The notes beneath the pieces are model-generated. The model did not search any database, had not been told where the DNA came from, and worked only from the letters and a program-made list of their open reading frames with translations. A stretch of 60,838 nucleotides of DNA, the filler included, from Sphacelaria rigidula (Eukaryota): the NCBI GenBank assembly GCA_964200075.2. It is 7 parts of 7 records of this genome, joined end to end, with 100 filler letters (N's around TTAATTAATTAA, not from the genome) between each part and the next. Parts side by side here need not be neighbours in the genome. Positions count along the whole stretch, not along the records: positions 17,413 to 26,018 come from CAXNAA020010618.1; positions 26,119 to 34,723 come from CAXNAA020010619.1; positions 34,824 to 43,428 come from CAXNAA020010620.1; 4 more parts are not named here. The stretch is one strand, 5' to 3'. Position numbers and translations under genes: made by a program. Of the stretch, positions 24,818 to 36,849 are shown piece after piece; position 1 is the first letter of the stretch; each line of letters starts with the position of its first letter.

Positions 24818-26483
24818 GGCACAGGGATGTCGAGAAAAAACCCCAGAAAGTTACCTGTAGAGAGATTTGAAGTTTCCGCAAAAATTTAAATAATTCTTCA
24901 ACTCTGTGAAAACAAAGAAATGCAGGGGCATCCCTAGCCTATATGTGTGTTCTTGTGTGGAGGAGATCCTGGTAGAATTCCGGCCAATAATTCCAGAAAT
25001 TTGGCGAAGCATCCAACTTTTCGGGTGGCACGGCTACGCTCGTTTAATCCAAGTGATGCAGTTGATTCGAGCTATGGAGGTCGCGAGTTCAACTCCGACG
25101 GATTGCTTTTTTTCGTTCCGTCGGTTAGGTGATACATTATGTAGTACGTTGTTTTCATTCAGCGGTGGTCCCGTGTGTTACCATGTTGGTCTTCAGGTCA
25201 CACCGATAAACTCAAGTTGGGCTGATTTGGTAAACTTGGTAAGTTATCGTGTGACCTGCAAATGCGGGATATACAGCAGTCCGCACACACACGCACACAC
25301 CATAGACTACAGACAGTAGACGCTACACACAGATTCACACATATGGAGGCAAAGAAGGGTGCGGGATCTGGGGCGAAGGGCGGGGAGATGGAGGGGGAGA
25401 AGATTGAAGCTTGAAGCTTCAACAGGAGGAAGGATAAAAATAAGAGTAGTGGAAGCTGAAAGAGGCACGCCGATACCATATTTTTTTCAAGGTACCGGCG
25501 GCGAGGGTGGCGGGGTTTGGTCGATCTGTCCAAGTTATTCATTTTGTGGGAGGAAATCGTTTGTTCAGTATGCGAAGGCCATGGCGAATTCCACAGCAAG
25601 GCGTGACTGTTGATACTCGAAGTATGCACATGTCTCTCCATGGATCATGTGGGATTTTGTATTGGTTGAGACGAGAAACACAACACATGTCAAAAACATC
25701 GCCGAGAAATGTATGCGAAACATGAGATACGCGACAGGGATGTGCGGTAGGGGCGTTGTCTTCGACAAGGGGGGCAGAAAAAGGGAAGGGGGCGCAGAAG
25801 AGCAAAACAAAAAGCGCAGCAAAGCGAAAAAAACGAGCACATAAAAGCAAGAGAGCGCAGAGAACGACATTTGTTTTTCGATCAAAAAAGTGCGGTCGAT
25901 TGTTTTACCACGTTGTTAACGCGGCACTGCTCAGGCCACGTTGAACAGTGTTTTCGTGAGATTGAGAGTAGATGATACGATTGAGAGTGGCTTTGATCAT
26001 TCGCTTTAAGTGAGTCATNNNNNNNNNNNNNNNNNNNNNNNNNNNNNNNNNNNNNNNNNNNNTTAATTAATTAANNNNNNNNNNNNNNNNNNNNNNNNNN
26101 NNNNNNNNNNNNNNNNNNCAATCAGGCAGAAGAAATCGTGAATTTGGTGATTTCGAGTCGTGATGATTTGTCCTAACCGTGGAAACCTGTAACTGGCGGA
26201 AGGAAAATCAACTATTTTTTCAGTGTCTTTGGTACCCCTGGTAGTGGTGGGCGCGCCGGCTTCGCATCGTTTCTGGGCTGCCGTTACATCACTTCCAAAC
26301 CCCCCAGAATCAAGGAGTGTCAATACATGCCTTAGAGGCGTACGAGATATGTCCTGTAGCCGTGCCCAGAGAACGGAGGCCAAGACGATCTCGGTTTGAG
26401 GGACGCTTTTCACGTCAAAGCTTGCCGTTTCGCCGTCTACAACAACAGACTGACCAATGTCTGCGCATAGACTGCCTGCTTAA

Positions 26484-28252
26484 CCCTTTTGGAACCGTTG
26501 ATGGAAAATTGACGATTTACATATGAGGTTTTTTCGGGCAAGAACTAGTTGTTTTTCTACAGCTTTTGAGCAAACGATTCGCCCAAAGTGTGTCTTTCAG
26601 ACCCGTGCGAATGGAACGTGGAAGAAAAGAAGGTTCGAAGGTTCTCTATTTTACGGGTATGACGAATTATTCGACCCGTCGGTGTTTTGTAACCCCGGCT
26701 AGAGTGCACGGCTGACTCTCCGTGAAGCAACCTTCACGCCGCACATGCAGTAGATGCTTTGCACCGCATCATAGCAAGCTTGCGCCTAAGTTGAAGTACC
26801 AAAGGCGAAACTGACGGCACATTTACCTCACTTATGCCCCCGTCTACTATCTGTATTCGCAGACAGTCACCGTCAGGCCCTGTGGGGATGTTTTCACCTA
26901 CTCCTCTGTACTGCGTGTGATCATAATATTTTCAGCTTATGTCGAGGGTAAACTCATGCCGTGCACGATACTGTACTCTGTCGTACGCGTTTATAAGGCA
27001 CCAGACTGCGATTTGATCATTCATTCCATAACGGCGTCGAGGATGTCATGTACCCCGCCGTTATACATCCTCCTGGTGCAGCGTAGGCGGGGGCCGTTAC
27101 TTTGGCATATCCGATACAGGCAGTCACTTTCTAGGCTGTGATCTTACGGTATATCTCATCCTGCGCTTTGTGCTGTACGTTCTCACGACACCACCTCTAT
27201 ACTGGGGGTTGGTCATGTCTGAACGTTGCACAGCCGTACTTTGTGCGGCGTGAGGTGTATTACTCCGGCTGGCGCTATCGCCTTTGGACCATCTCACGTC
27301 GTGAGTGGCGTTGGGGTTTCATGCAATGACATTGCATACCTTCTGTCTTCTGGCATGGAAAACCCTTACATCGTTCTTCAGTTATACTGGACTATAGTGA
27401 GGTGTTGTTACTGACTGTAGTTGTGGTTGGGTTAGGCTGGTTGCGAAAGGCTGTCCCGGTCGTTTGTCGACCGTTTTGCTAGTACATCGCCTGTCTGGAA
27501 GCTTGCAACCACCTCTGCTTGGTGTGTCGTACATAATCCTGCGTGCCTCGCAGCGTTTTCACTTGCCGCGGTTACTGTGTTGACGTTTAGTAAGCGAGCG
27601 GGGGGAGCGGTGTGCGCCGGGGGGTATGGGCTGCCCCAACCGCTCTTGAAGCTTTTTCAGCAAAATGCGTAGCAGCGTCCTGGCCGTGCTTCTCAGCCAC
27701 CTCTTCCAGCTGAACGTGAATTGCATATGGGTCGCTCTTCAGCGCTTCCACATGTGGCGACGGGATTTCCACGTGCTCCGTCATATCATTGTCGCCGGCC
27801 GTGTAGTGTGGCTTCCTACGCTCGCGAAGTGTTGACGATGCGGCCCACCAAAACGGTGCACCATTCTAATTTCAAGTATACTCGTGCGCCACTGTAAGTT
27901 CAAGTATACTAATGTGACGGGTTCGTGCACCGACCTCGAATTGAGGTATTTCACAGATTTTACCGACAAAAATCACATGTATACGAGTTTGTACTGTTTT
28001 GCGAGAGTTCCGCTGATGCACACAATTGGACACACTTCGCCCGTCGCGTGACATCATTGGACAAACCCAACCCGACCGCTGCGGGGTTTCATTTTCGGTA
28101 CATCCATGGCGTGTGCGTCTGGAGTCTTCTTTGATCTTCCACAGTGAAAATGGTTGCCGTCTGTCTTTTCTGTTACCATCTTTTCTTCTTTGTCAGGGCT
28201 TCTCATAAGGAGGCGTCTGGCCCGGGGACGGGAGGGGAGGGTTCCAAAAGGG
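26484..28252. mobile_element. 1.77-kb piggyBac-like non-autonomous element (TIR CCCTTTTGGAACC)
   Basis: TTAA|CCCTTTTGGAACC ... GGTTCCAAAAGGG|TCAA. Related end fragments at ~29680-29748 and ~33398-33435. Confidence 0.7.
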
Positions 28253-30318
28253 TCAAGCTCGGTCTGCCGTGCCGCGTATTTTCTACGCACAGGGGTAGAA
28301 CAGTACAGCACAGTACAGTACAGCATGTCGTGTTTGTAGTAACTATACGTCGAGAATGCACGCAAGGCACGGCTGCGCGACTGGGTAGTGTTCTCTGCTT
28401 CAACACATGTACCTGCAATACTTATGCTTTGCACAACACGCGCACACAGTGAGAGCCGGAGAGCACACCACAGCCCGCAACGCACATGATATGCGGTATG
28501 TTTGTGCACGAGGAGCAATAGGCAACGATGAACCATTTACAATATCCCAATTTTGATGGAACATGACCCAACAAGTAAACCAAAGCTGAAAATACCCGAT
28601 GACGCGCCCAGCCAGTGTGAAAAACCCGAACCGTGACGAATGGAAGTCGTGCAGGTAGCCACTGCGCACATGTTTGTGAAAGCTCGAAGTCATCGTTCAC
28701 AGTTGCTACAGAGAAACCCGGGTTTTCTTGCTTGTAATGGTTTCAGTGGGAACAGCATGACTCCCGAGTGGGATAGGAATCCCTCATTGCCGAAGGCCCC
28801 AAACATCGCATATCTTGTTTGAAAGTTTTGAATTGGATTCTTCCCAAAAGTGTAAAAAAACTACCTGAGAGCCAACCGTGACGTCCGAAAACAAGCATCC
28901 TCCTATATCTCAGATAGATAGAAACATTGATTGATTGATTGTCGCACTTTAACTGACCCCCCAGGGGTCATGATCCAGTCGTGGTCACATGATAGACGTA
29001 CCCAAGAAAAAACAAGACTGAAAACTCTCACTGAAGATAAGAAGGAAGAGAAAACGTCGAACAGAACGACATCGTAGTTCACAACAATTAATTCGGCTGT
29101 TCTTTTTTGTTGCTCATCAAGCGATTTCGGGACTTTCCTCGACTCACTCAGGTTTTTTGTACACATTTTTCGGAAAGCTGACGGATGACGAGAGCTTTCG
29201 AAGAACCCCACCTACGATGTTGGGGGCCTTTGACAGTGAGCGAATGAATCCAAGACGCTCCCGTTCGGGGATTACAGGTGATTCTACCGTACCAATATGA
29301 CTCGCGAAAAAAGAAAAAATATCACCAACCTCGATTTTCAGGGCATTCATCGACGTTTGTGCTGACGCAACTTTCAGAGTGGCTTTTGTACGTCGCGTTC
29401 CTAATATCGGCAGCTGCACAACGATATCGTTGACCTGCCCTTTCGGAGCATTATTTCTATCAAATATGAACCCTTTCGTTACTGGCAATGGAAAAAGTGT
29501 GGATTTCGAGGTGCTGTTTTTTTGAACGATATATGGTTGAGTATTTACTGCTTTCACGCAAAACTATTAGCCCGAAGCATGTATTTCAGATCCGTATAAG
29601 AATGTGCTCCAGTGCCGCACGGGACTCAGTATATAGAAAACGAACGGGTGGTGCCGATTTTTGTTTGCATAGACTTTCTCCTTCGTCAGGGCTTGGAATA
29701 ATGAGGCGTCTGGCCCGGGGACGGCAGGGGAGGGTTCCCAAAGGATTAAAAAACATCGGAAATTTCACCAAATAATCACTAGTCATTTAAATACGGGGTA
29801 CCACTACCGCACATTCGGTAATCTCTCGTACCGTTAACAAACCCCAGTTCGTCGTTCATCGGGACAGTGCTGTCCCTTTTTAATAATATGGAGGTACTTG
29901 CGTCGGAGACGTGTACGTTCCAGTAGTTTGAGTCATGTTCCGCAGTTTCAATTTCTTCGTTCTCAGAGAGGTCATCGTGGGAAGAGGGGTGGGCACTGTC
30001 AGCTTCAACTGGTGGCTTTACGGGCGATGCGCCACGTGTAAAAGGCCGCATTACGCACGAGATCTGTGACAGCACATATCGCACGCGATTGCTGCTGAAA
30101 AGATGTATGTTTACACTAGAACGGGGTGAAGTTGGTGCAGGGTTCAGGGTTCTCCAGATGTGACTGTGAGATCTTGCTGTTGTAGCAGTCAACACATCCT
30201 CCAAGCGTCGGCGTCATCACGAGCCAGGTGCGGATTTTCTTCACGCCCAACATTCAAAAACACTGCCTCCATATTATGAGAAGGAACAACACTGGGGAGT
30301 ATACAGGCTTCTACTGAA

Positions 30319-30478
30319 CCGATTTGAGACCGAACTCCCACTAACCAGGGGTGAGGATCTGGTTCGCACGCAGGGTCCATTTGTGAATCGGCACCATTTT
30401 CAGTCGTTTTCAAGGAAAAATTATGGCGATTCACAAACGGCCCTTACCCCCGCTTAGTCCACTCCGGTCCCAAAAGGG
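30319..30478. mobile_element. Short degenerate piggyBac-like MITE related to 9377-10391
   Basis: Right end CCGGTCCCAAAAGGG|TTGA; degenerate left end GACCGAACTCCCACTAACC. Confidence 0.55.
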
Positions 30479-31573
30479 TTGACGCGCCGTGCCTTTTGGT
30501 TTCCCACAGAAAAATAGAGAAGTCCGAGGGGCGATCCGCCGAAATGCCGTTGTTTTGTCCATTTTTTTCGATCGCGAACAGTTGACAGTGAACCGCTTCT
30601 GGGTACTGTTGTACACGTCAGTGCCCTTTCATGGCAAAGCACGCTGCATCTACACATCCAGTACAATCGCCAAGTTTGTCGCCGTGGTGAAACCGACTCA
30701 TCTATTCTTAGCTGCCAGTAAGGCTGGTCTAGGGCACAGAGTCTAACATAGGACACAGCACTCCCTGTACAGCTACGGTATGATATACGGGGTATACCAC
30801 CCTTACACTACGCAACCTGTGGATAGATTGAAAATTGCAATGTGCATATCGTCACAGACTTGGTATGACTGTAATTTAAACTCTGCATGTTATGGTATCG
30901 GAAACTCTGTTTGCGTGAAAGACATACATCGAGAAGTCGCTAACATTAACCTGAATACCAAATTGACAACAGTGCAACAGGCACCATATTGTAGTAGCCC
31001 GCTCCGTATTTTTGACTTCATTGATTCGGTCCCCGGTCCTGTTCGCTTTTTTACGGTTCCTTATTACTCACCTGGCCCGCCACACCAGGAGGTGGCTGGC
31101 CACACGGCCGATGGATGACTTCGCGAACCATATATAAACACGCCCTCGATCTTTGAAGGGTGCAGCACAGCCGTGGCGCACGGCTCCTGATGCAGACAAC
31201 CATTATATTTTTCAGACCCGCGGTGTGTGTGTGTGTGTGAAAAGACAAGATGATGACGTTTAATCAGGTAGGTAAGCAGGAAACTTCAGGGAAACTTATT
31301 TATGGTGTTTATTGTTTGGGGAGACCATCCGCTGTCCAAATGAAAACTCCGCCACTTTTCTTCTCTTTCTTGTTATTTTTTGAGGGGACGACGCTGTTCC
31401 TCCTCCCAAAAAGTTGTTCCTTGCAGCTGTCGGAAAAAAGAGCAACAAAATATCCCATGGTCGACGTCCCCGAAAATTAATCGAGATCCAAGTGCAACTC
31501 ACGCAACACGCCAACACAATTGCTACTCACAACACAGCAAAACTCGCCACCACGGTAATAAGCGTTACTGATC

Positions 31574-31990
31574 ATGTCTCCTCTACACCAGCCTTTGTCG
31601 CTCCTCTTCCTAGCTTCCCTCGTGCATACCACGCCAGCCTTTGTGCGCCCCCCCGTCGGCCTCCTTGTCAACCCGAAAGAGTCCATACATCTCTCCGCCT
31701 CCACAACCCCGACCTCAACTGGCCGGATGGGCGTATCTGCAAGCAGGGACGACAATGAAGGAGACATCCTTGAACCCGAGGGCACCCATCACCCTTGGTG
31801 GTCCCTTGCCCCGCTAGTCGAGGCGGGGCTGTGGAGCAGCTCGCCTGGGGAGTACTTCCAGATGAAGAGCAATGCGGTAGGCGGTGCACCAGTGTTCAAG
31901 TGCCACCCTGGGCTTGCCAGCATTGCCGTGCTCGATCATGCTGCAGGGGAATGGTTCTTCAATCAGCCAGACAGCGTGCTGGATCGCCAG
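31574..31990 (+). CDS. First exon of a plastid-targeted cytochrome P450, probably CYP74-clan (CYP5164-like oxylipin enzyme)
   Basis: ATG, hydrophobic signal peptide, 'PAF' cleavage motif and S/T-rich transit peptide. Then PEG..P....L...PGEYFQ....GGAPVFKCHPG..IAVLDH....FF, resembling CYP74-type N-termini. Donor CAG|GTAACG. Confidence 0.55.
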
Positions 31991-33641
31991 GTAACGGTGT
32001 GCAACAGCAGCAGTACCGTACAGAAAGGAGAGCGCCGTGCAATCTTTGTTGCGATGGCTGGGGTAGTTGTTGTGCTTTGCCATGAAAGAGCGCGCGCGGG
32101 GGGGGGGGGGCAGGGTGTCATTTGCGTGTGTGATCGTTCCAGTGGTGTCGATGTAATCTGGTGCGGTATTGTTCTGTCTGGTGCCTGAACAGCCTGCCCC
32201 ATGGCGATGTCATGTTTCTTGATCAAGAGCCAGCCTGCGGGGCAAGATCAGGTCGGCATTTTTGGGTCTTCGAACCAGCTTTTTTTCTGTTCAATTACAA
32301 GTTATTTCTTTGAGTTGGCTCATTCCACCGCCACCGGTGTTCTTTCACCCGGCTGAAGTACACGGGCTAAAGAGCAGGGAGTCGCTTGCACAGTAGACCT
32401 GGGGGAATAGCGGTCTATCCGTGCTTCCACACAACACAGTACACATAGATTTTTCTTGACGCCTTTCGGAAGGGAAGAGACAGTTCATCCGAACATGCGT
32501 ATATGTGCGGTTGGTCCGTTTGTCTCATGTCCTGCTGTCAGCTGTCATGCACGTTACGCCGCAACTTGACTCGCACCGTGGACCGAGCCCGTCATACGCC
32601 CGATATATACGCTGCCATGATCGCCGCCACCTTTGTTTCTACTTCGATTTGGTGAGGACAGTGGCCATGAAACCGGAGTATTCCGATACTTGTGGACCCC
32701 CGGCGTGAGTCACCATACGCGCGTACCCACGACGCAAATGTTATACAGTATTCGTATTCGAAGAGATGTGGACGAGGAGGGCCCCTGTGGAAAATCTCAA
32801 CTGTCAACTTTTAGAACTATTATGCCTGTCTGTACAGATTCCTGGTTCCACATGTAATGGGGCATTAGAGGGTGGCCTGCGAGAAATTGGTTTGCGGATC
32901 GGGGACGAATCGTCCCTACTGCACATGCAATTGTCAATGATAGAGCTGCATCATCAGTTTGAATCCGAAGTAGCTGGAGTGTGATGGCTAACGCGGATGG
33001 AAAACCTGTTGTGGTAATTTCGGAGGAATTCACAGTACAGTGACAAAAAGTCAACGCTTTGATTTGGGCAACAGACGCAGCCCTTCATGCCCCGATATTA
33101 GCTTCCCTTCCGCGGATATTCTAGATTCATGAGAGGGTGAACACCCCGCCTCTCCCCCCCGCCCGCGCTAATCCCGACCTCCAGCCCCGAACCAAAATTA
33201 AGAATACTTGCGCACCCAAATTTTGCAATTTATAGTACCTGTAGATTTTTTCGGTATCGCGATTGCGTGTGTCCTGTTTGGTTTTCTTGCGCCATCTCTC
33301 TGCATGGTACCGTACGCCTGGCAGGCTGCGTTACCTTTATGTACATGAGCTTCACGGAGGTGGTGAGGTACAATTTTTGTGCGCTGTGCGTTTCAAGCCT
33401 TTTGGAACCGTTGGTTGAGAAGTAACGATCTACAAACTCCCACGTGCGAGCTTTCGTCACTGGGAAAACGTTACCTCGAGTTTGGTCATCTGTCACATTA
33501 TTAGTATACTTGAACTGAGAGTGGTGCACCGTTTTGGTGGGCTGCATCAACGCTTGCAAAAAAACAACCATACAGTACGAGTATCTTGTCCGACAAAACG
33601 CCAATCGTAACTCGTCACTTTTCCATCACGGCCCTACTTAA

Positions 33642-33740
33642 CCCTCAGACCGCGAGGGTAGTCCACCTGGATCATGCGTACTTTTCAAGAAGTGGAATGA
33701 ATGCCGATTCAACAGATGACCTACTCTCGCTGTCCAAGGG
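33642..33740. mobile_element. 99-bp piggyBac-like MITE with TTAA TSD
   Basis: TTAA|CCCTCAGACCGCGAG ... CTCGCTGTCCAAGGG|TTAA. Copies at 35064-35168 and 39333-39633. Confidence 0.85.
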
Positions 33741-34475
33741 TTAACGACGGGGATTATCCCATTTTCACCATCCTTTTTTGCCAGGGGATTGACCCTATAT
33801 AACGACCAGTCCTGAATCCGAGCGAGAAGCAGTTTTGTACAGATTGGATCCCAGATCTGCACGCAGGTTCAGAAATGCGGCGGGTCTGGAAGTGGTCGTT
33901 AGTTCAAGGTCTGTGTAAATCTGCAGACAAGACGCAACAAGGCAACAAAACACCTACACACCCGGCCTCGAAAAAACACGAACAGACACCCACCACGCAC
34001 GCGCATTAGTTTCATTGCCAGCCCCTGCTAATCTACACACGGCAGTCTTTGTTTGATGGAAATCCGTTCTGTTTTGGACAAATGGAGTCTGCACGCGTCT
34101 CAAAAAACAGCCGGAAACGTGTTGTTGTTGCTGACCGTTTTGCAAGCGTGTGCTGTACGCGCGTCTCACACAAATCATCATTTCTCAATGAGTTCTATAT
34201 AGAGTTGAGCAAGGTCACGCACAAAGTGCAGAGCTGATGAGCAGCTACGGCTCGAGCAGTGTGTCTTTGGTTTGCGAGGCCACCAAGTTCCTCATGTTCA
34301 GCTCTAATTGTGTTGGGTTGTGTGGTAAGCCTTTGCATGTGCCCCTGTCAACGAGAAATGTATGTTCCCCTTCGAGGTGCACAGAAATCCCCTTTTCAAA
34401 AGGGGATTTCATGATGTGTGTTTATATTCCTGAAATTCCCCCCCCGAAAGGGATCTCCGTGCACGCTGTTGAGGC

Positions 34476-34723
34476 GGGGTCTTATCAGAAGTGATAATCA
34501 CTTTTCATAAAATCACTTTTGGAGAAGTGGTTGACCCCACAACGACCAGTGCTGTGTCTTATCAACAGGCAGTTTTATTCAGATCGAAGCCCAGATCTGC
34601 GCACAGGTAAAAAATGCGGCGGTTCTGGAAGTGGTCGTTAGTGCAAAATCTCTGTACTGCCGCGCACGAGACGCAAAGAGGTAGCACAGCGCCAACACAC
34701 CTAGCCATGAAGATAGACGGATA
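34476..34723. repeat. Abundant dispersed repeat family (core GATCGAAGCCCAGATCTGCGCACAGG)
   Basis: Diverged copies at ~33845-34150, 37585-37830, 37855-37989 (inverted), 38698-39050 and 57400-57700. Probable DNA-transposon end GGGTC(G/T)TATCA. Confidence 0.75.
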
Positions 34724-35063
34724 NNNNNNNNNNNNNNNNNNNNNNNNNNNNNNNNNNNNNNNNNNNNTTAATTAATTAANNNNNNNNNNNNNNNNNNNNN
34801 NNNNNNNNNNNNNNNNNNNNNNNGGCAAGAATAGACTACGGGATTTCTCCGCACATCGATGCTCTGGCATATGAAAAAATTGGCACATGCTGGTAAGATC
34901 AAGGACGCCAGTCTCTCGAGAGTTTGGTAATCGCCGAGCGGGGACACACAAAGGGCACGGGCGAGGAGCTTCCTCTCTGTCTTTGCTTCTCTTTCTGGTG
35001 ATATCGTCATCGACACGCGTGTACACCGCATTTCGTTGGGTGCACCTAGCCAGAGTTGCTTAA

Positions 35064-35168
35064 CCCTTGGACCGCGTTGCCCGTAGTTCATCTGGACCTC
35101 GCGTGTACTTTTTTCAAGTGAATATTGATGCCGATTCAGCAGGTGACCTACTCTCGCGGTCTAACGGG
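35064..35168. mobile_element. 99-bp piggyBac-like MITE copy
   Basis: TTAA|CCCTTGGACCGCG...GATGCCGATTCA...CTCGCGGTCTAACGGG. Confidence 0.75.
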
Positions 35169-36167
35169 TAACTCCTGCTGCGGAGGTTTGGGAAGGAAGA
35201 TACTTTCGATCTGTCTTACTCTTTCGTATCTTCCCTGCAATAGAGAAATGGGACTTCAACCTCATTTTTTGTTTCAACCCCAAAAATTAGGATCGGCTGT
35301 TTTTTTGTGGTTCGGGTTCCAGTTCCAAGTCCTCCATGATCTTGAAGAGGGTATTGTTGTGGTTCGAGATCGACGCCCCACGAAAAAGGGCCAGTTTGAG
35401 CGACTTTCGGTGGCCAGAACACACGCCACAAGTATCAGAAGGCGCCCAAACCTGAATGGTGATGGAGAGTCTCGGGAAAAGTTTGCTCTCATCTCAGAGT
35501 CAGAGTGGAAGGCAAAATAACGGGTAACGGTGCGCATTCCACTTTGATTTCTTTATTGGAGCGAGTTTTTCAGATGCAGAGTGCCGTTTGCACCACTTCA
35601 CTCTGAAAACCATTGTACCTCTTCAGAGTTCATAGCGTAATGAAAAAGAACCACGCCCACCTTCACCACCATGGTCACGTCGAATCCAAAGTCAATACAC
35701 CCTACCAAGCAAAGTGGAACACTCATTATCTATCAAAACTGCCGTGCCCAGGCCGCTTCTTATAACAGGCAAGAATAAAATTATGGAAAAGTGCCTTCTT
35801 CAGCTTCCACGTCGTTTTACGCCCCCAAAGAGAGCTAGGCGGAGTTTCACACCTTGGAATGACTTGCTCTACTAGTTGAAGCGGTTCCAGGACATCTTAC
35901 CGTTTTGCGGTGGCCGCAGTTTTTATTTTGGCCCAACGAGACTTTTTGTCCAAAAAAGGTGAAAACAGTCAAATCCAGAGGAAAGTTGGTAATCTAGATT
36001 CACCTCTTTTTTTATGTTTATTCAGGGGGTAACGGAATTTTTTTTCACGACTCGTAGGCCCCAAGATTGAAAATTTGGGTTTTTGAGGGGGGGCAGGGGA
36101 GGGGGAGGGGGCACCCAGCCGTGTGGCGGATGTGGTCAGCTGCCGTGGACAGAAGAGATCTTTATAT

Positions 36168-36421
36168 GAGGCATGCTACGATAGGGGTTGCACTTTTTTA
36201 TTTTTAGGTCTCTTTTTTGTAGGAGCCCGAATATATGGGGATTACTGTGCAATCTAAATCCCCGGGGACCGGACATGGAGATGCGCGCAAGGGCCTTTTC
36301 GTGAATCGGCATCATTTTCAATCTGTTACAAGTAAAAATGATGCCGATTCTCAAAATGATCCGTACACACCCCGAGAAACATTTTCGCTAAAAAAGTGCA
36401 ACCCCTACCGTAGCATCCCTC
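36168..36421. mobile_element. 254-bp Sola-like MITE (GAG...CTC, 4-bp TSD ATAT)
   Basis: ~30-bp TIR GAGGCATGCTACGATAGGGGTTGCACTTTTT, flanked by ATAT on both sides. Confidence 0.75.
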
Positions 36422-36540
36422 ATATACATATGTGCACATGTATCATTTCACATTTCTCACCACTTTTGCCGAGTTTTCTCTCGCGGCAAGGCATCTTATC
36501 CCGCCTTTTTTTTGCAATAACAGGGGATTCTGTGAACTGG

Positions 36541-36849
36541 GGTTGATTAATGAAACGAGGATCGAGGAGGTTGGCCAGTATGCGACAAAAAACCGAGAAA
36601 AGTACCGTCCGCGAGTGCCTTCGATCATTTTCTTTGGGGGGGGGCGTACTCATTTATTACTTGCCTTTGTCGTTTGACTATTGACTTTTCGAGACGGGGC
36701 GTTGTCAATGGTCAAACGACTAAGGCAAGCAACGAATGAGTACGCCCCCCCCCCCGCGAAAATGATTGAAGGTACTTGCGGACGGCACTTCCCTCGAGTT
36801 TTTGTCGCATACTGGCTAGCCTCCTCAAACCTCATTTCATTGATCAACC
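36541..36849. repeat. Inverted repeat (~145-bp arms) made of two facing copies of a dispersed element end (GTCAATGGTCAAA...GAGTACGCCCCCC)
   Basis: The arms are complementary around an 18-nt spacer. Single copies occur at ~17070-17103, 43332-43384 and 52068-52121. Confidence 0.8.

Noticed and set aside
25025-25115. Second tRNA-like segment (GAGTTCAACTCC followed by a T-run)
   Set aside because: Only a B-box-like motif is present; too weak to call.
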